A DNA stretch of 64,000 nt. It comes from an uncultured Desulfosarcina sp. (GTDB lineage Bacteria > Desulfobacterota > Desulfobacteria > Desulfobacterales > Desulfosarcinaceae). A program made the translations under genes and the position numbers. Below the pieces are notes generated by a model. That model ran no database searches. It was given only the letters and a program-made list of their open reading frames with translations, and was not told the origin of the DNA. Shown here piece by piece: positions 61,528 to 64,000 of this stretch. The stretch lies in assembly GCA_963674945.2 (NCBI GenBank), contig CAXXWQ010000004.1, positions 1,120,001 to 1,184,000 on the forward strand, in the 5' to 3' direction. Position 1 is the stretch's first letter; every line of letters starts with the position of its first letter.

Positions 61528-61983
61528 TCAGTGTAGAGGACTGATTTCCCTTGCGGCGGCCAACAAGGCCGTTACCTGTCCGGAACCGGCCGTTTCCAGG
61601 AAAAATTCGGAGACCCCGATGGCCTGATTGAGGATGCCACCGGGGTTGTCCCGAAGGTCCAAAATGAGTCCTTTCAGGAGGGATCGGTCAGTATCCATGG
61701 CGGCCAGGGCCTCGACCAGGTCTCCGGTTGAGTTCTCTCGAAAACTGGTGATCCAGACGTATCCATATCCAGGTTTCAGCAGGTTTGTTTTGATGCAGTT
61801 TTTATGGTATCCGCTGTACAGCTGAATATTGCGAATATTGCCGGTACGGCTGCGGGTCTGGACCGTGACACCTCGGGATGCCGCATTTCCGTCAGGCCGC
61901 AATGGGAATGACAACAAAAGACAGGAGATGAGCGTCAATCCTATTGTCAATGTCGCTCAATTTGGGAATCGGTGGCAGGACAT
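61528..61983 (-). pseudogene. Chimeric remnant: signal-peptide/N-terminal fragment fused to an S41 (CtpA) peptidase fragment
   Basis: In-frame TGA after MSCHRFPN; GYGYVWITSF...LILDLRDNPGG is only a short piece of an S41 domain. Confidence 0.7.
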
Positions 61984-62102
61984 CCGCTCTTTCTTATATA
62001 ATGGCAGCCGCTGCCACCGACTGCATTTTTCTCTCAAGGCTGATGTTTGGTTATCATCAAGGCTGTCAAAAATTAAAATTTACGATGCGACCCCTTTCGT
62101 GT

Positions 62103-62160
62103 CCTTTACCCAAAAATGCAGCGCATCGGTTCGAAGCGGCGACTTTTTGGCACGTTATGG
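62103..62160 (+). repeat. 58-bp direct repeat, copy 2 (isolated GGDEF fragment)
   Basis: Identical to 55134-55191; identity ends at RYG, just before GEEF. Confidence 0.95.
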
Positions 62161-62330
62161 TCGTATCCGTCGGCTTACTTGTCACTGCCTTGGTTGCTTT
62201 AGGATTGATAATGAAGTTCGGACTGTGTCCCAAACCCCTGAGGAAAAGTGTTTACCGCCTACATACCCAACCGTTGGTATTGGCTGCCATGGTGACGATG
62301 CTTACCATTGGGCACCTTATTGTCGATTAA
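62157..62330 (+). pseudogene. Two-TM His-containing fragment, possibly a truncated membrane partner of the cytochrome
   Basis: MVVSVGLLVTALVALGL...YRLH...IGHLIVD; its ATG lies inside the duplicated 58 bp. Confidence 0.4.
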
Positions 62331-62383
62331 TCGTCGCTGAAATAAGTTTGGCGAGAATCATATAGATCGCAAAGGAATACAAC

Positions 62384-62950
62384 ATGATACGTTTTGCCAT
62401 AAAAAGGCTGTGGATACTATGCTTCCTGTTCACATTGATTTTATTGGCCACAGCGATCAGCGCCGACGATGATGGCAAAAAACATAGATATCGGGAGCAT
62501 CGACGTGGTGACACCAATCATTATGGGGGAAAATTCCTTACACCGGTGAACAACGCTGCCTATGCGGGTCATTGCGGCGCCTGCCATTTCGCCTATCAAC
62601 CCGGGCTGTTGCCATCTGACTCATGGCGCAAAATTCTTGAAAATTCAGATGATCATTTTGGAGAGGCCCTGGATTTAAATGCGGATGCCAAGGATGAAAT
62701 TTATGTTTATCTGACATCGAACGCCGCCAACATGTCATCATCAAAGATGTCGCAAAAGATATTGCATTGTCTGGATGGTCAGACACCTCTCAGAATTACC
62801 GATATCCCTTATATTCGCAAAGAGCACCATGAAATTGGTCGAAATGTTGTAAACCGCCCATCTGTGGGGTCTTTGTCAAATTGTATCGCCTGCCACCGCA
62901 ACGCAGATCGTGGCGTTTATGATGATGACCGGGTATCGATCCCGGAATAG
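62384..62950 (+). CDS. Diheme cytochrome c (DHC family)
   Basis: Signal peptide; CGACH, AYQPGLLP..SW, DHFG, RITD.PY, CIACH motifs. Confidence 0.9.
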   Translation: MIRFAIKRLWILCFLFTLILLATAISADDDGKKHRYREHRRGDTNHYGGKFLTPVNNAAYAGHCGACHFAYQPGLLPSDSWRKILENSDDHFGEALDLNADAKDEIYVYLTSNAANMSSSKMSQKILHCLDGQTPLRITDIPYIRKEHHEIGRNVVNRPSVGSLSNCIACHRNADRGVYDDDRVSIPE

Positions 62951-63028
62951 CAAACGTTCATCAACACTGTAGATATTCCCCTCGGTACCTTGAAAAAAGC
63001 TTCTCTGTAAAGCTGTGGAATTATCGTA

Positions 63029-63376
63029 ATGAAAGAAATCCTGATCACGCTGCTTATCTTTGTAGTCATCTATGAAATCCTCGAACACATCCTTCTGCCT
63101 TTGTTCTGGACCATTCGATATCGAGGGCGCAAATCGGCTTATAACCTGCCCGGAATGATCGGGAAAAGATGCATGGTGAAGCAATGGGCAGGTACCCGTG
63201 GAAAGGTATTGGTTGGTGGGGAGCTGTGGAATGCAACTGGCAATTCATCGTTGATGCCTGATGATGAGGGGGTCATCCAGGGGATCGACAACCTAACCCT
63301 TCTGGTGGTGCCGTTAGGTGTAACTATCGATGCACCAAGTGAAAACTTGGCCAAAGATAGAGCTACTAAATTGTAA
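63029..63376 (+). CDS. NfeD-like C-terminal OB-fold protein
   Basis: N-terminal TM; GMIGK, GKVLVGGELWNA, IDNLTLLV motifs. Confidence 0.75.
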   Translation: MKEILITLLIFVVIYEILEHILLPLFWTIRYRGRKSAYNLPGMIGKRCMVKQWAGTRGKVLVGGELWNATGNSSLMPDDEGVIQGIDNLTLLVVPLGVTIDAPSENLAKDRATKL

Positions 63377-63451
63377 GAACCATTTAATGTTGCGCCTCAG
63401 CTTATCGATGACGCTCAAATATCCGGTCCGTCAAACAACGAGAGCGGAAGA

Positions 63452-63607
63452 ATGATCCATTCAAAGCTATATCGTATCGATGAATATCGGATATCAGAAT
63501 TTGCCGATGGCGATAAAATTTGGAAAACCTGTGGTGGGGTGGGCCAAATTTTCGGTGGCCCCATAATAATTGAATCTGATGTCCTATTCATCGATCCTAA
63601 AAAATAG
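63452..63607 (+). CDS. Possible 51-aa ORF or truncated gene
   Basis: MIHSKLYRIDEYRISEFADGDKIWKTCGGVGQIFGGPIIIESDVLFIDPKK; purine-rich upstream; ends 4 nt from the convergent EamA stop. Confidence 0.35.
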   Translation: MIHSKLYRIDEYRISEFADGDKIWKTCGGVGQIFGGPIIIESDVLFIDPKK

Positions 63608-63611
63608 GATC

Positions 63612-64000
63612 TTATTTTTTTAATCCAAGGATCAACACACCTAAAGCGACCAATGATATTCCAGTCCATTCTCGCAATGATGGACGCTCACCCAAAAAAA
63701 CAAAGGCGAATAAAGCGACCAGAACCAAACTGAGTTTATCAACAGGTGCAACCTTAGACGCCTCACCAATCTTCAATGCACGAAAATAGCATAACCAAGA
63801 TGCCCCAGTGGCCAAACCGGACAATAATAAGAATAATAATGATTTGTTATTGATCTTTAATGGATTGACCCATTTGTTTGAGGAAAAAACAATTGCAGTG
63901 AGAAAAATGATGATCACTATCGTTCGAATCAATGTTGCATAATCAGAATCAATCCCCTCAAGCCCAACCTTGGCGAAGATAGCCGTGAGCGAGGCAAAAA
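63612..64000 (-). CDS. EamA/DMT family small transporter (5' end outside the window)
   Basis: LTAIFAKVGL, SGLATGASWLCYFRAL, VAPVDKLS, LGE motifs. Confidence 0.9.
   Translation of the reverse strand, partial: FASLTAIFAKVGLEGIDSDYATLIRTIVIIIFLTAIVFSSNKWVNPLKINNKSLLFLLLSGLATGASWLCYFRALKIGEASKVAPVDKLSLVLVALFAFVFLGERPSLREWTGISLVALGVLILGLKK

Noticed and set aside
62081..62102. gatgcgacccctttc next to the 58-bp copy as a REP/HUH-transposase end
   Set aside because: Only a vague resemblance; no partner palindrome or transposase in the window
55134..62160. 58-bp repeat as a DGR template/variable pair or as attL/attR
   Set aside because: No adenine-specific mismatches, no reverse transcriptase or integrase in the window, and copy 2 is not followed by the displaced gene end

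Overview
This window is from a GC-rich deltaproteobacterial chromosome. Gene content and protein style suggest Desulfobacterales (Desulfosarcina/Desulfatitalea-like), which is an inference. Positions 1-21.7 kb are a minus-strand housekeeping run: rho-rpmE-prfA-prmC-rpsB-tsf-pyrH-frr-uppS-cdsA-dxr-rseP-purL-purQ-lpxL, then LPS core and O-antigen ligase genes. Next come a CCA/HD nucleotidyltransferase, adk, rpsU, folC and tRNA-Arg(CCG). An accessory block follows (about 26.6-34.3 kb: SdpI-like, LpxR-like, nitroreductase, a putative sigma54-driven Cys-rich + HEAT pair, an acidic lipoprotein, a C11 peptidase). After it lie copZA, a dynamin-like GTPase + orphan ParA pair, yqgE, an ilvD-ilvB-ilvN-ilvC-cimA-leuA operon, pyrD, nfeD-SPFH and a GGDEF protein. 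The window ends in a second accessory block (Cys-type formate dehydrogenase alpha, TauE-DUF364-TauE, gene fragments, diheme cytochrome c, NfeD, EamA). The most notable items missing from the ORF track are: (1) a 141-bp fold-back MITE-like family with about 9 full, mini and re-filled copies that often abut stop codons, one of which now encloses a terminator, plus a relative with different ends but the same internal core; (2) a complete Ile/Leu/Val leader-peptide attenuator before ilvD; (3) a perfect 58-bp copy of GGDEF coding sequence 7 kb downstream inside a mosaic of gene fragments; (4) small unannotated ORFs and candidate structured leaders. No CRISPR array, integrase or transposase is visible. 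No database searches were run; all calls rest on motifs read from the sequence.
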